Positions 1 through 11,430 of a stretch of DNA of 64,000 bases are shown one piece after another; within the stretch, counting starts at the first letter, position 1, and every line of letters begins with the position of its first letter. The position numbers and the translations under genes are program-made. This stretch comes from Dimorphilus gyrociliatus (taxonomy: Eukaryota > Animalia > Annelida). The stretch lies in NCBI GenBank assembly GCA_904063045.1, contig CAJFCJ010000012.1, positions 2,046,001 through 2,110,000 on the forward strand, given 5' to 3'. The notes under the pieces were generated by a model, which was given only the letters and a program-made list of their open reading frames with translations, was not told the DNA's origin and searched no databases.

Positions 1-326
1 TATAGCATTACTCTGTGGAATGTATTGATTATCGACTTTCAAAGCAGGTACCTGTTTTGACGGAATATCTGTAAAAAGGGAAGAACAATATACATTTGTG
101 TTGCAAAATTACGCTTTTTATAAGCTTACCATTTTTGATTTTTTGCCACTCTTCATTTGTATAACGAGAATCAGTATAGTCTGGATTAATATAACAGATT
201 GTAAAAAATCAGTAAGTCTCCAGGTAAAACAATGCACTTACCTTGTCCTGTCAAAGCGAAAATGTATCTGACTCCTTCGGCCCTTCCACGGGCATTGAAG
301 TAGATGAGTTCGTATTTTGGTGCCAT
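1..326 (-). CDS. Glutathione S-transferase, sigma-class-like (5' part; gene runs off the left edge)
   Basis: Spliced exons 326-242, 180-130 and 68-1 with GT-AG introns give MAPKYELIYFNARGRAEGVRYIFALTGQDYTDSRYTNEEWQKIKNDIPSKQVPALKVDNQYIPQSNAI, a typical GST N-terminal thioredoxin domain (YF..RGRAE, QVP, QS.AI). Confidence 0.93.
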
Positions 327-486
327 AGTTTTAAAGATTCTGCAAATAGAAAAGGAAGTAATTTTTTTGACCCATTTCAAGTCACTATAACACTAGTTAA
401 AAAAAAAGAAATTGCATTGAAGCGGGTATTTCTTATCTCATAATAGATAAATATAGAGTTAAAAATTTTTTTCAGAATAAGTCTTA

Positions 487-568
487 CCTGTGTGTTAGTG
501 TCTAACTTATCAAGAGATACTGCTGTCTTGCAAAGGGTGACGAGACTGAAAATTTCTCCGCCTTTATA
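487..568 (-). promoter_or_regulatory. Probable GST core promoter and non-coding first exon
   Basis: Minus-strand TATAAA at 568-563, Inr-like TCAGT/TCA 20-30 bp downstream, and a strong donor CAG|GTAAG near 488. Confidence 0.4.
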
Positions 569-1936
569 TGATTGCAGACGACGCCATGTAGGCCTAGTAA
601 TGTGAGTATTTCGGTCGTAACCTCATTTCAATTTTGCCTGTTTTCTGCTAGATAGTCAATAAAAAAATATTGTTAAATCTGAAATTTTATAGAAAAGTCA
701 TTTTTCTTACAATCGAGCCCATTAATGATTCCAAATGTATGCATATATGGTGATTGGAGCAGCCAAATTGCCTGGAGTGTTCTTGGAAAGTATAGGCTTA
801 GCGTCTGATATAGGGACATTTGGGTCAAACTCAAAATCGTTTGGAACGTTCTAGACTAATACTGAATTTCGCAATAATCTTGAAATTAAAGAAGAGTAAG
901 GTGTCAAAAACAAAAAAACCCTACAAATTAACTAATTTATTAGTTTATAATACAAAATTATATAGCCGTCATATTTTTCTCGAAAGTTTGAAAGTTCTTA
1001 ATAATAACAAATGGGCAAATTCATATTAAAATAAGAAGCATTTGAAATAATTATATACTGGTCAAGGGCTATATTCATAAATTAATTTCTCAAGTGTTAG
1101 CAATATTGAATAGATTAAGCTAACACCATTTAAATATTGGCAATAATATAGCTCCTAATCACACTGAACATATAACATATGTTTATTTATAAACAAAATA
1201 AATTTATTCTACATTTTTATTTACACTCGTCTTAAAACTGGTGTCAAAAAACTGATATGCACTAGTTGCATGTTATCAACAATTTAGAAAGAGTGCTATA
1301 ATTTTGGGACAAGATGATTTAATGGAATTTGAAATAATAAGAGCAGTAGGGTATATGTCGTGATGTCCTTTTATCAAATTGCTTAAACTTGATACAGCTA
1401 GCTTAAACCAGTTCAAACACCATTTTTTTATTGATTTTACAAAGAGAACCAGAATGCATATTTAGATTGCCAGGATTTTTAATTAAAGTACAAGTTTCTG
1501 CATTAGCAAATATTTAAACAATTTCCATGCTTTGCAAATTGTGTAATCAATGTTGTATTCAATATCTTAGATAATCAGAATCAGCAAGTTAAATTATGTG
1601 TAATATTAAAGCTATTTGTCAAAAAATGAGGGTGAAAAAGAATATGTTCTGTTTCATTTTAATGAACATAATACTCCTTTATCATTTGTTATTTGAAGAT
1701 ATCTTTCAAGATTATAATGATTCTTAATTGACAATGCTTTCAAGAAATTATATTATCTAATTTTAATATAGTACCAAAACTATCAACCAATGAATCATTT
1801 GACATACTGTATATTATATAATGTCTCTAGTATATCATTAAGATTGTAAATATTTGGAAATGTCCAATTTTGTGTATTTATTATTTATCAATCAAAATGC
1901 ATAATGACAAGCAGCGGTACGTGCATATCTAATAAT

Positions 1937-2983
1937 TTATCCTAGACCCAAAGTCAATGTTAAAGGTGGATTACTAGATTTCGGATAAAATTCCGAATAC
2001 CACTCTGGGTGAACGACATAATTTGTTTGCTTAGGTTGTTTCGTTGCTCTATAAAAAGCTGGTTGTGTGTTCTGTTGAACTTTCAGTGAAGTCGGATCCC
2101 AGGCCAATTTTGGTTCAACTTTTATACTTTTAGTCATTTCAGGACGATTTGGAACATTCTTCACCACTTGATTTACCCAATCATTCATATTTTTGCGAGC
2201 TTCATAATCCCTCTTTGTTATCTTGTCATTAAACAAAGTTGGTAAAGGAACAAAATGCCTACTGAGAGCGTCATAGTCTTCTCTTTTGTTTTCAATTTCT
2301 GCAGGTCGACGCCTTGTTAGTGCTGTATAGTATTTTGCAGTCTTGATTCGATCGTGAGAAGTTTCACCTCTCAAACGAAAGTTTCCTCCCACTATGACTT
2401 TGTCATTTGGATCTTTAGTGTTTGTGTTAAGAGTTTTCGGAAGAGAGCAACTATTCGATTGAGGATTACTAAAAACTTTTCCTTCGATACATTTTGTTTT
2501 TTCCTCTGAGAGTTTATCTTGAAGATTTCGCAGGTGAGGGGGAGGCCAGTTAGGCGGACATACCATAGACGCGTAGATTTCAGGAGGTCTTTTCCCTTGA
2601 AGTGCATACCAAAGGGATCTAACTGCTCTTGTTTCTATAAAGAGGATAATATTTATCACAAATAATCTTTCTTGTATTTAAGACTTTTTTACCTAATCTT
2701 TGATTTTCCAATTTCTTTTCAATTTTAAAATTATTTTGTTTTAATTCAGAATTCTGTCTGGAAATCGGAGTACTTGGGCACTTTGGTAGACGAGCCGATT
2801 GGGATCCCTTATCTTTACTATTGTTCTGTAGATGTAATAAAAAATGACAAAATATAGTCGTTGTTTTAAAATGAGATAAGAGCAGATTGCTAAAATTGAT
2901 ACAATATATTAATACAAGTTAAGGCATTATTATTTTCTATATATAGTTTATCTATTTAAAACCTCGTGACTGTTATTATGCAT
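1937..2983 (-). CDS. Uncharacterised protein of about 280 aa (Pro/Lys/Asn-rich, C-terminal YVVHPEWYSEF)
   Basis: Exons 2983-2963 (MHNNSHE), 2825-2693 and 2634-1937 join in frame with GT-AG introns; the last exon is the 240-aa ORF in the track. No family recognised. Confidence 0.7.
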
Positions 2984-3035
2984 TCGTACAAATAAAAATA
3001 GACTCTACTTTATTATTAATCAAATCAACGAAAGA

Positions 3036-6000
3036 ATGAAAGGAGGGCTGTTGTTAAATATTTTGTTAATTTCTGTAATTAACATTAAATCAATTAAGTG
3101 TTTGACTGCATTAACATGCAATAATGACAATAAACTGAAGTTTGATTGCCACCCAGATAAGGCAGAAAGTGATTTAGCATTGGAAGAAAATTGCAAATCT
3201 AGGGGATGTTGTTATGTTCCATCTAAAGGAGATATTGATACACCAAGCTGTTTCTTTCCAGCTAATTTTAACTCTTATAAAATGCAGACAAAATCATGTG
3301 CTGCATCTGGTTGTAGATTTTTAATAAAGAGAGCAATGCCATCTGGTTGGCCAAGAGATATTAACGAAATAAGAGTGGACCTGACTTTTGGTGAAGATAT
3401 TATTCGTATTAAATTTACGGACCCGAAAGACAAAAGATTTGAAGTGCCTCTTGTCAATCATTTCAAACAAAAGCCATTTTCAAATTCCCAATTTCAATTT
3501 GATTTCGTTCCAGATCCATTTGGTATTAGAATCACTAGAAGAAGTACAGGAGCTGTGATGTATGTCTTTATTAAAATTTTCAGTTTGTTATATACTGTTT
3601 TGCCCATTGCAGTTTTGATACAACTGGTCTAATAACACCAATCATTTTTTCTGATCAATTTATTCAAATTTCGACGAAATTAAATACAGGACTTGTTCAA
3701 GGTATAGGAGAGCATCAAACAAAAGTACTTTTGAATGCAACATCATCCCGAAAAAGATACTCTTTATGGACTAGAGATCAGGGTCCAACTTTTAATGCAA
3801 ACCTTTATGGAGCTCATCCTGTGTATTTGCAAATGGAATCGGATTCATTAGCCAGTGGTGTTTTCCTATTAAACAGCAATGCTATGGATATCGACCTAAC
3901 GCCCGCCCCGGCAGCTACTTTTAGAACAATTGGTGGAGTCCTAGACTTTTTTATCTATGCGGGACCGACACCTGATAGAGTTATATCACAACATACGCAA
4001 GTTGTTGCTAAACCTTTTTTTCCACCATATTGGTCTCTTGGATTTCATCTATGTCGCTATGGATACAATTCTGCTAAAAACCTAAAAAATGTTATAGATA
4101 GAAATAGAGCCATCGGTTTACCTTATGTAAGTTTTCAATTACAAATATTCGACAATCTCGTAACTACCTAATGAATTTATAATACCAAAAAGGAAGTTCA
4201 ATGGAATGACATTGACTATATGAACGGCACAAAAGATTTTACTTACGATCATCAGAAATATTATGGTTTACCCGAAATTGTTAAAGACTTACACGAACAC
4301 GACCAAAAATACGTGATAATTCTGGTATGGAGTATTTCTTATTAAACAATTTGTCCTAATTTGTTTCATTTAAAGGATCCTGCTATTAGCAGTAACCAAA
4401 AACCTGGAACTTACAAGCCCTACGACGAAGGTTTACGTAGAAAAGTATTTATGACCAATGAATCGGGTGGCGTGCTTATTGGAAAAGTTTGGCCTGGAGA
4501 AACTGCTTTTCCAGATTTCTTTCATAACGATACCATTGATTGGTGGACAGATCAGCTTTTTGACTATCATAGGAAAATTCCGTATGACTCATTGTGGAAT
4601 GATATGAACGAACCATCTAATTTTGTGGAGGGTTCAATTAGTGGTTGCCCTAAGAATTCTTTAAATAATCCTCCCTATACCCCTCCTATAACAGATGGAA
4701 GATTGTCTGCTAAAACTGTTTGCCCGTCATCATTGCATCATAAATATCATCATTATAATGTTCATAATATGTATGGTTTATCTGAAAGTAGGGCATCTCA
4801 CATTGGCCTTACCAGGTTGCTAAAGAAGCGAACTTTTGTTATTTCAAGATCAACTTTCGCTGGTTCAGGTAAATATTCCGGTCATTGGGGAGGAGATCAA
4901 GCAGCAACATGGCAAGAACTTTATTATTCTATTACCCAAATGTTGAACTTTCAACTTTACGGTATTCCCTTTATGGGAGGAGATATTTGCGGATTTGTCG
5001 GTGATACTACCGAAGAACTATGCATCAGATGGACTCAGGTTGGTGCATTTTATCCATTCATGAGAAATCATAATAATTTAGGAGGAAAAGATCAAGATCC
5101 GGCAGTTTTTAGTAAACGAGCTCAAGAAGCAATAATCGATGTAACCAAGTTTCGTTACTTCGTTATGCCTTATCTCTATAGTCTTCTTTATTTGGCGTCT
5201 ACCACTGGTAAACCAGTAGTTCGACCTCTGTTTTACAATTTTCCAGCCGATAAGATCGCTTGGCCAATCGATCAACAATTTATGTGGGGGGAATGCCTTT
5301 TAATATCTCCTGTTCTTACGCCAAATACTACAGTCGTTAGGGCCTATTTCCCGACTCAAAGGTACTACGACGTAAAAACAAAGTTAATTCTGGATTCAAC
5401 AGGTCAATGGCTTGAATTAGCTGCTCCTTTGAATACAGTCAACGTACACCTTTTAGGAGGCTGTATCTTACCTACACTTTTACCTGAGACAACAACAACT
5501 AAAGCGTAAAAAATTTTTCTTATTAATGCAATAGCAAAGTCTATTTTTTTGTAACCATTTTCCAGTCGACAGAACCCATTTGGTGCTCTAATAGGTTTGG
5601 ATAGAAATGAGAATGCCAAAGGTTTTATGTATTGGGACAATGGAGATGATTTAGGTAAGATGAATAAAACTGAAAACGTATTAATTATTAATTGTATATT
5701 TTACAAATCTCTAAAGAATACGGAGAAAGGAATACGCAAATTATCTTCAAATGGACAACTAATGCTGATAAGAAAACAGCTCTTTTCGAAGCTCAAACAC
5801 TGATTGGAAACTATAAGGAAATGAAAACTTTAGATGACATTATCGTAATGGGCGTAAAACGCTGTCCAATCTCTATTAAAGCTGACCAATACTCCATACC
5901 GTTTTCTTGTAGCTTAACGGTAAGAATATGGTAATTTCTATAACCTAAATCACTTATAAAATGAATAATTATTACGCAGACACTAGAGTTATTTTCGGTA

Positions 6001-6051
6001 AAGTTGAATTTATTAAAGGCTGGGCAAATAGTAATTAAATACGAGAATTGA
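3036..6051 (+). CDS. GAA: Lysosomal alpha-glucosidase (GH31) with N-terminal trefoil domain
   Basis: Signal peptide; trefoil DCHP...CKSRGCC...CFFP; WNDIDYM; catalytic nucleophile WNDMNEPSNF; acid/base HWGGD; GGDICGF; FYPFMRNHN. Final exon 5980-6051 ends in TGA. Confidence 0.93.
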
Positions 6052-7802
6052 TTGCAAGAAAGGATGAAGAATGTTTACTGGTCGTTTGTCGATAGCCCGC
6101 AGACTTCTCATTGAATATTGACGAATATTATATATACAGTCTTTGTACTGTATATTTTAAAGTTAACCGCCTGTTTGTCATAAGAAATAGACTAAAAGTA
6201 TAAAAGTATAGAAACAAAAGAACAAAAAAATTATTATAAAATATTAACGAAACGTTGAATAAATCAATTCACTCGGATAGAGAGTTGTATGAACTGTTTG
6301 TTAAAAGTTATATTTATAGAGAAAGACTCTGTGGGGGCAGAGTGGGGAAATGGTGAAATGATATTTAATAGATAAATAGAAGAGGGAGAAAGAAAGAAAT
6401 ATTGAGATATATGTATATTGATAGATATACACTGAAAAACTTAAACAAGCAATCTGAAAAAGAAAAAGCTACTAGCATTTTTTATGATTGAGATAATCCC
6501 ATAAGCCTTAAGCCTTCAATTAAGTCTACTCGAAAACCATAGGTCGCTATGTCGTTTAGAAAAAATACAGAAACGTAAGTGGTGTATTATCGGTTCAAAA
6601 AAAAAAAACTATTCGAAAACAAGAAAAAAGTTGTCAGGGGCTCTTTTGTTATTCTTTTATCGAAAGAGAAATTGAACTTAGGGTTAGGTTTAGTTTTCTG
6701 TAGATTAAGGTGAAAATTAATTAAATATGTTTAATAATACTGTAACTAACTGTTTTTTATACATTTAAAGAACTAAAGAAAAAGTACTTAAAGCTACTTT
6801 AAAAAGTTAACAAATTATTGAAATATATTAATAATCTTATTGGATTTAAAATTAGAATTATTGTTACAGTTACCTCTCTAGTCGGGCTAAGTTGTCTTAC
6901 GTATTCTCTAGCGGAGATTGCCATTTTAAAAGTTGAAGTGAATATTGCCAATTGACGAATGTTTATGACCGAGACTTTATTCGATAAATCTCTACGGGTA
7001 ACGAACTCCAATACGATTCGATAATAAAATACTTTTATGTTAAACCAAGCCGTACCGCCTATTATATAATTATTTCATATTACTCATTGTTCGTATCTAT
7101 TATTTGAGGATTATAGAGATTACGACAAACTAGTTTGTTTGTTAATTGAATAAGGGAAAAAAGAGTCAATGAGAAAGAAGATAGACTCTTCTGAATAGTT
7201 AATATCTTTGTTATCCACTCAACGTTTTACTTCTACTAAGGAAATTATTATTTGCTAGATAAACTTTATATTTAATTAAAAAAAAACAGGCTTAATTAAA
7301 GAATTACTGTGAACATGACTGCAGTTTTCTATTATATATATTTCTCCTTTTATTACTTTATTGATTATTTACTTTATTAATTATGTTAAAATGTTTTTTT
7401 CGCTAACTTTTTTATCCTCCTTTAAGGACATTGAACATTCCTATTTCTTTAGTATTCAATGTTATAATAAAGGGTATAAAGCTCTCTCTCTCTCTCTTTA
7501 TATAACTATAACTTTTGATCTAATTACTTTTCTATACTTGTGTCTAAGGCGTTGTTTAATAGTGAAAGAAGAAAGAGTTGGAGGCGGGAAAGGGGGCAGA
7601 GAATTGAAATATATGTATTATAATAAATTAAATCTACATAGGCCTATAGGATTGTAAATAGGTTCAGTCCCGAAATAATAATATTAAACAGGTTACCTGG
7701 TTTGAAAAAATAAAAATTGTCTGTAGAATTTTGCTCCCCGTTTAAAAAAGTATTTAAACTGGAGTAATTATTAAGAACCCTGTTTAGCTGAGCATTTAAA
7801 AC

Positions 7803-8655
7803 ATGAATTTAACTATTCGATTAGCCGCATATTCTATCAAGCTCCCAGGAAGTTCAGCTTTTAAAACTCCTTTATCAACATTTACAAGACTGATGTCCAC
7901 GCAAAGAATTGAATTTGACACGAAGAATGCTAAGGGATCATGTCCTGGTGTACTTTGCGGAGATGCAAAGAGTAAGCCAAAGGGTGTCATCATTATTCAC
8001 GAATGGTGGGGAATGAATGATCAAATAGCAGAAACCGGTAAAAAAATCTCCGAGGAGGGTGGCTTTACAACTTTAGTGCCTGATTTCTATAGAGGTCAGG
8101 TTGCTGCCGATAGCGAAATGGCTGGACATTTAATGAGTAACCTTGATTGGAAGGGAGCACTTTTGGTAAAGATTTGACCTAGTTAACTTAGCAATTGAAC
8201 AATTTCTTTATAATCATTATTATATTGAAACTTGTTTACAGGATATTAGCGCTGCAGCTGAATACCTCAAGTCCAAAGGATGCAACAAAGTGGGAGTAAT
8301 GGGATTCTGTATGGGAGGTGCATTGAGTTTCGCCGCAGCAGCCAGTTGTCCCGAAATAAGTGCTTCTGCACCTTTCTACGGTATACCTTCAGCAGAATTA
8401 GCCGATTTAACAAAAATAGCAATACCGTTGGAAGCTCATTTTGGTAAAAAAGACGACATAAAAGGATTCTCCTCACCAGACGATTATCTACCTTTAAAAG
8501 AGAAACTAGAAAAAGCTGGTGTTAAGGCTAAATTTTTCGAATACGATGCTGGACATGCCTTCACAAATAAGTCTGGCCCATTGAATAATTATAACGAAGC
8601 GTGCTGTAAGCAAGCTTTTGAAAGAGTATACAAACTCTTCCAAGATAATCTTTAA
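7803..8655 (+). CDS. Dienelactone hydrolase family protein (carboxymethylenebutenolidase/Usf-like)
   Basis: Exons 7803-8165 and 8242-8655; motifs IIIHEWWGMN, LVPDFYRG, nucleophile GFCMGG, PFYG, YDAGHAF. Confidence 0.9.
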
Positions 8656-8786
8656 ATACTTGAAGAAAATAGAAAATACAATTGAGTGAAAGAAATAAAC
8701 TAATTAATTAATTAATTAATTCGGAACGTAGATTAATTTCAATTTATATTTAAAAATTTTATAACAAAATAATAACAAGTAACCCT

Positions 8787-10244
8787 ATGTTTATACAACT
8801 ACTACAATGTTTATTAATTGTTATTATCTTACAAAATCATTATATGGATTACGTAAGGTGTACAATGAAAAGGATTAAAAGAAATGATATAGAGATATTC
8901 TATACTTTACCTAAAAAAGGATATTCATTTATATTAGAACTTCGTCATAAAAGAGATAAGAGAGGTCAATCGATAAATTTAAAAATATCTGATTTTGAGA
9001 ATTATTTATGTAAAAGATCAAATAAGAAAAATTGTTTATTTAGTGTTAGTCTAATAAGAAAAATTTATTCAGCAATTCTTGTAAATGTTACTTATATTAC
9101 TAACGAAAGTAATCAAACTGCAAAATTAACTTTAGCTCAGGCGTTAAAGTTTTATATACATAAGAAAGAATTTCTCTGGGAAGATAAAACTGTAAATGAT
9201 GTAATAATCTGCGAAAGGGGAAAGAGATTATTTTATGTACTCGACGAGATATTGTGCAAAGAATGCTCTATAGGTAGTTATTCAGATAAGCATAACCTTA
9301 AGAAATGCCATCCGTGTACAAGAGGCTATTATCAGGGGAAAGTTGGACAGACTGAATGCGATCAGTGTCCCGTAAATTATACTACAAGTAGAAAGAGGGC
9401 AATCCATAACTTTGAATGCGTTTTGATGGACGAAAACGGCAAACCGAAACCATTAGACAAATATCCTGAAATTGTTACTTTTCCTTATTTTATTCCTTAT
9501 TTAACTCTACAAATACTAGTCTACTGTCTTCCTTGCATCTTCTTATATATGATCAAACGTAAGGATAGGAAAGACTCTGATACGTCCATCGGACTTAATC
9601 TTGAGAAATTATGGAAGAAGGAACACGACGGCTATCCAACAGTTTATCAAGAAGTTGATACGGAAAAGGTAAGAAGATTATCTCGAGTTTTAGGTTCTCG
9701 TAAATCCATAGGGCGACGGCCATCGCAGAATTTAGAGATTATCACCATGGAGATTCATAAACCTGCTCATAGACTAACTCAAGCCGATATTGATATTCAA
9801 GTTAAAAAGTATATAAAAGAGTTTAATAGGAAGCGGATGTCTCATTTACAAAATAGTATTGCCATTATACCTAATGGAAAAGACGAAGGTAGCGATGAAT
9901 CTTTCCCTAAATATAACAAATTAGAAACTGTAAATGGTACTTCAAATGATGGAGAAGGTTGTTCGAGTTCAGCAAATTATCTTCCGGCCCGTCAACGAAG
10001 CGTCTCATTAGGAAAAACTGACACGAGTTCTCCTGACGAGAAATTTAATCATATAGTTAATTCCCCATCGCCAATGTTAAGGAGATCAGTGACTCCACCC
10101 AGTGAACAATTCAATAAAGTTCAATCTTTAAGATTTAGGTCAAAGTCAGCTCGCTGTCTAAAGAAATATTTTAAAAGTAGCAGACTAAACTGTAGTGGTT
10201 TGAAGGGGAGATACTACGAAAAATTACTCTCTATTGACGAATAA
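8787..10244 (+). CDS. Orphan type I membrane protein with ephrin-receptor-like (GCC2/GCC3) Cys repeats
   Basis: Single 485-aa ORF: hydrophobic N-terminus, CKECSIGSYS...CHPCTRGYYQGKVGQTECDQCPVNYTT...EC, TM segment FPYFIPYLTLQILVYCLPCIFLYMI, Ser/Arg-rich tail. Confidence 0.75.
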   Translation: MFIQLLQCLLIVIILQNHYMDYVRCTMKRIKRNDIEIFYTLPKKGYSFILELRHKRDKRGQSINLKISDFENYLCKRSNKKNCLFSVSLIRKIYSAILVNVTYITNESNQTAKLTLAQALKFYIHKKEFLWEDKTVNDVIICERGKRLFYVLDEILCKECSIGSYSDKHNLKKCHPCTRGYYQGKVGQTECDQCPVNYTTSRKRAIHNFECVLMDENGKPKPLDKYPEIVTFPYFIPYLTLQILVYCLPCIFLYMIKRKDRKDSDTSIGLNLEKLWKKEHDGYPTVYQEVDTEKVRRLSRVLGSRKSIGRRPSQNLEIITMEIHKPAHRLTQADIDIQVKKYIKEFNRKRMSHLQNSIAIIPNGKDEGSDESFPKYNKLETVNGTSNDGEGCSSSANYLPARQRSVSLGKTDTSSPDEKFNHIVNSPSPMLRRSVTPPSEQFNKVQSLRFRSKSARCLKKYFKSSRLNCSGLKGRYYEKLLSIDE

Positions 10245-10364
10245 GTGTTTAGGCTGTAGATTATAATGAGAGTTATAGGCAAAGTTGATATCTTTTCAAC
10301 TTTATTGTATTTTTTGTGTCTTTAAACAAATTCAATTATATAAAGTTAATAAATGTACAGTATA

Positions 10365-11300
10365 TTAGGCACTAGATTTTAATAAAGTATTTATATTAAA
10401 TTGATTACTTTTTAAACCAATCTGTCTATAAACGGCATCTTTCATTGCCATTTCTTCAGCAATTTGTTCAGTTTCTCCACCGGAGTAACCTATTAATTTC
10501 CTGTCTGCGTAAACTCCAATTAGAAAGGCCGATTCTACTGTATTTCTTCCATTTTCAAATAATATTCTAGTAGTTATTTCACCTTGGAAATTTTTAGACA
10601 GAATTTCGTGAGGATTTCGAATTTCCAGCATTTGTAATACATCATCACTTATTAATAGCGATAATATAAAATCTGTGATAAATTTTTCACAACGCTGTTG
10701 ACTACCTTCTGTTAGGAGTAGACCAAGAAAAGCTACAAAAGAATCGTGGAGAATTTCGTCAGTCTCTTCTTCGCAGAGCTGAAGGTCCCTAAATCCAAGA
10801 TTCTTGGCAACTCTAGAAACGGTTTCTATAGAACAAAGATTCGATGAGATCGAATTTATTCCATAATTTGGAACTTGAGGAAGAAATTCTGATAGTTTTT
10901 TTTTCGTACATTCTTCTAAGAATGAAAGACCTTTTTTACAATACTCTTCGTTATGTGTGTCGTCAATGTCATCCGTATCCATTTCTAAACTTTCCCTTTT
11001 TCGTTTTTCAGCCTCGATATAGCACGAATGAGTAAAAGCTTTTTTGAGACTATCTAGACTAACATCTTCATTAAGTCTTTTGGTAAAAGCATATAATTCG
11101 CTATCATAATTCCAATTATAGAAGGCTGATCGATGCCGGGGTTTTTCTGGACCAACTTCATTTCGCCTTTTGTACAGCTCTTGCAAATATGGTCGCTTCC
11201 AACGTTTAAATGATCGTGTGCAAACCAGATTAGGTGTTCTATTAAGCAAGTTTAGTTGAAAGATTCGAATAATATTTGTCCTACACGTGAGAGATGCCAT
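10365..11300 (-). CDS. MRPL44: 39S mitochondrial ribosomal protein L44
   Basis: Intronless 311-aa ORF: presequence, KRWKRPYLQELYKRR...NWNYDSELYAFTKRLNE, RNase III-like AFTHSCY, C-terminal dsRBD-like FLIGVYADRKLIGYSGGETEQIAEEMA. Confidence 0.93.
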   Translation of the reverse strand: MASLTCRTNIIRIFQLNLLNRTPNLVCTRSFKRWKRPYLQELYKRRNEVGPEKPRHRSAFYNWNYDSELYAFTKRLNEDVSLDSLKKAFTHSCYIEAEKRKRESLEMDTDDIDDTHNEEYCKKGLSFLEECTKKKLSEFLPQVPNYGINSISSNLCSIETVSRVAKNLGFRDLQLCEEETDEILHDSFVAFLGLLLTEGSQQRCEKFITDFILSLLISDDVLQMLEIRNPHEILSKNFQGEITTRILFENGRNTVESAFLIGVYADRKLIGYSGGETEQIAEEMAMKDAVYRQIGLKSNQFNINTLLKSSA

Positions 11301-11430
11301 CTTTAGGCGAAATATTCTACGCTTGGTAGAATATAATTGGTAGAGTTGGGCGAAATTGTCGTTGTAGACGAAACTGGTAGAAGAGAAAAACGTGTTTAGA
11401 AAGCTGTCTTATGCGAATTTTCAAATAATT

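Noticed and set aside
715-855. GC-richer island upstream of GST with ATGATT...CTGA (C/D-box-like) and short open frames on both strands
   Set aside because: Box C is imperfect, the terminal stem is weak, I recognise no rRNA/snRNA guide, and no frame gives a coherent gene model.
6678-6694. TTAGGGTTAGGTTTAG telomere-like sequence
   Set aside because: Only one perfect unit; consistent with chance.
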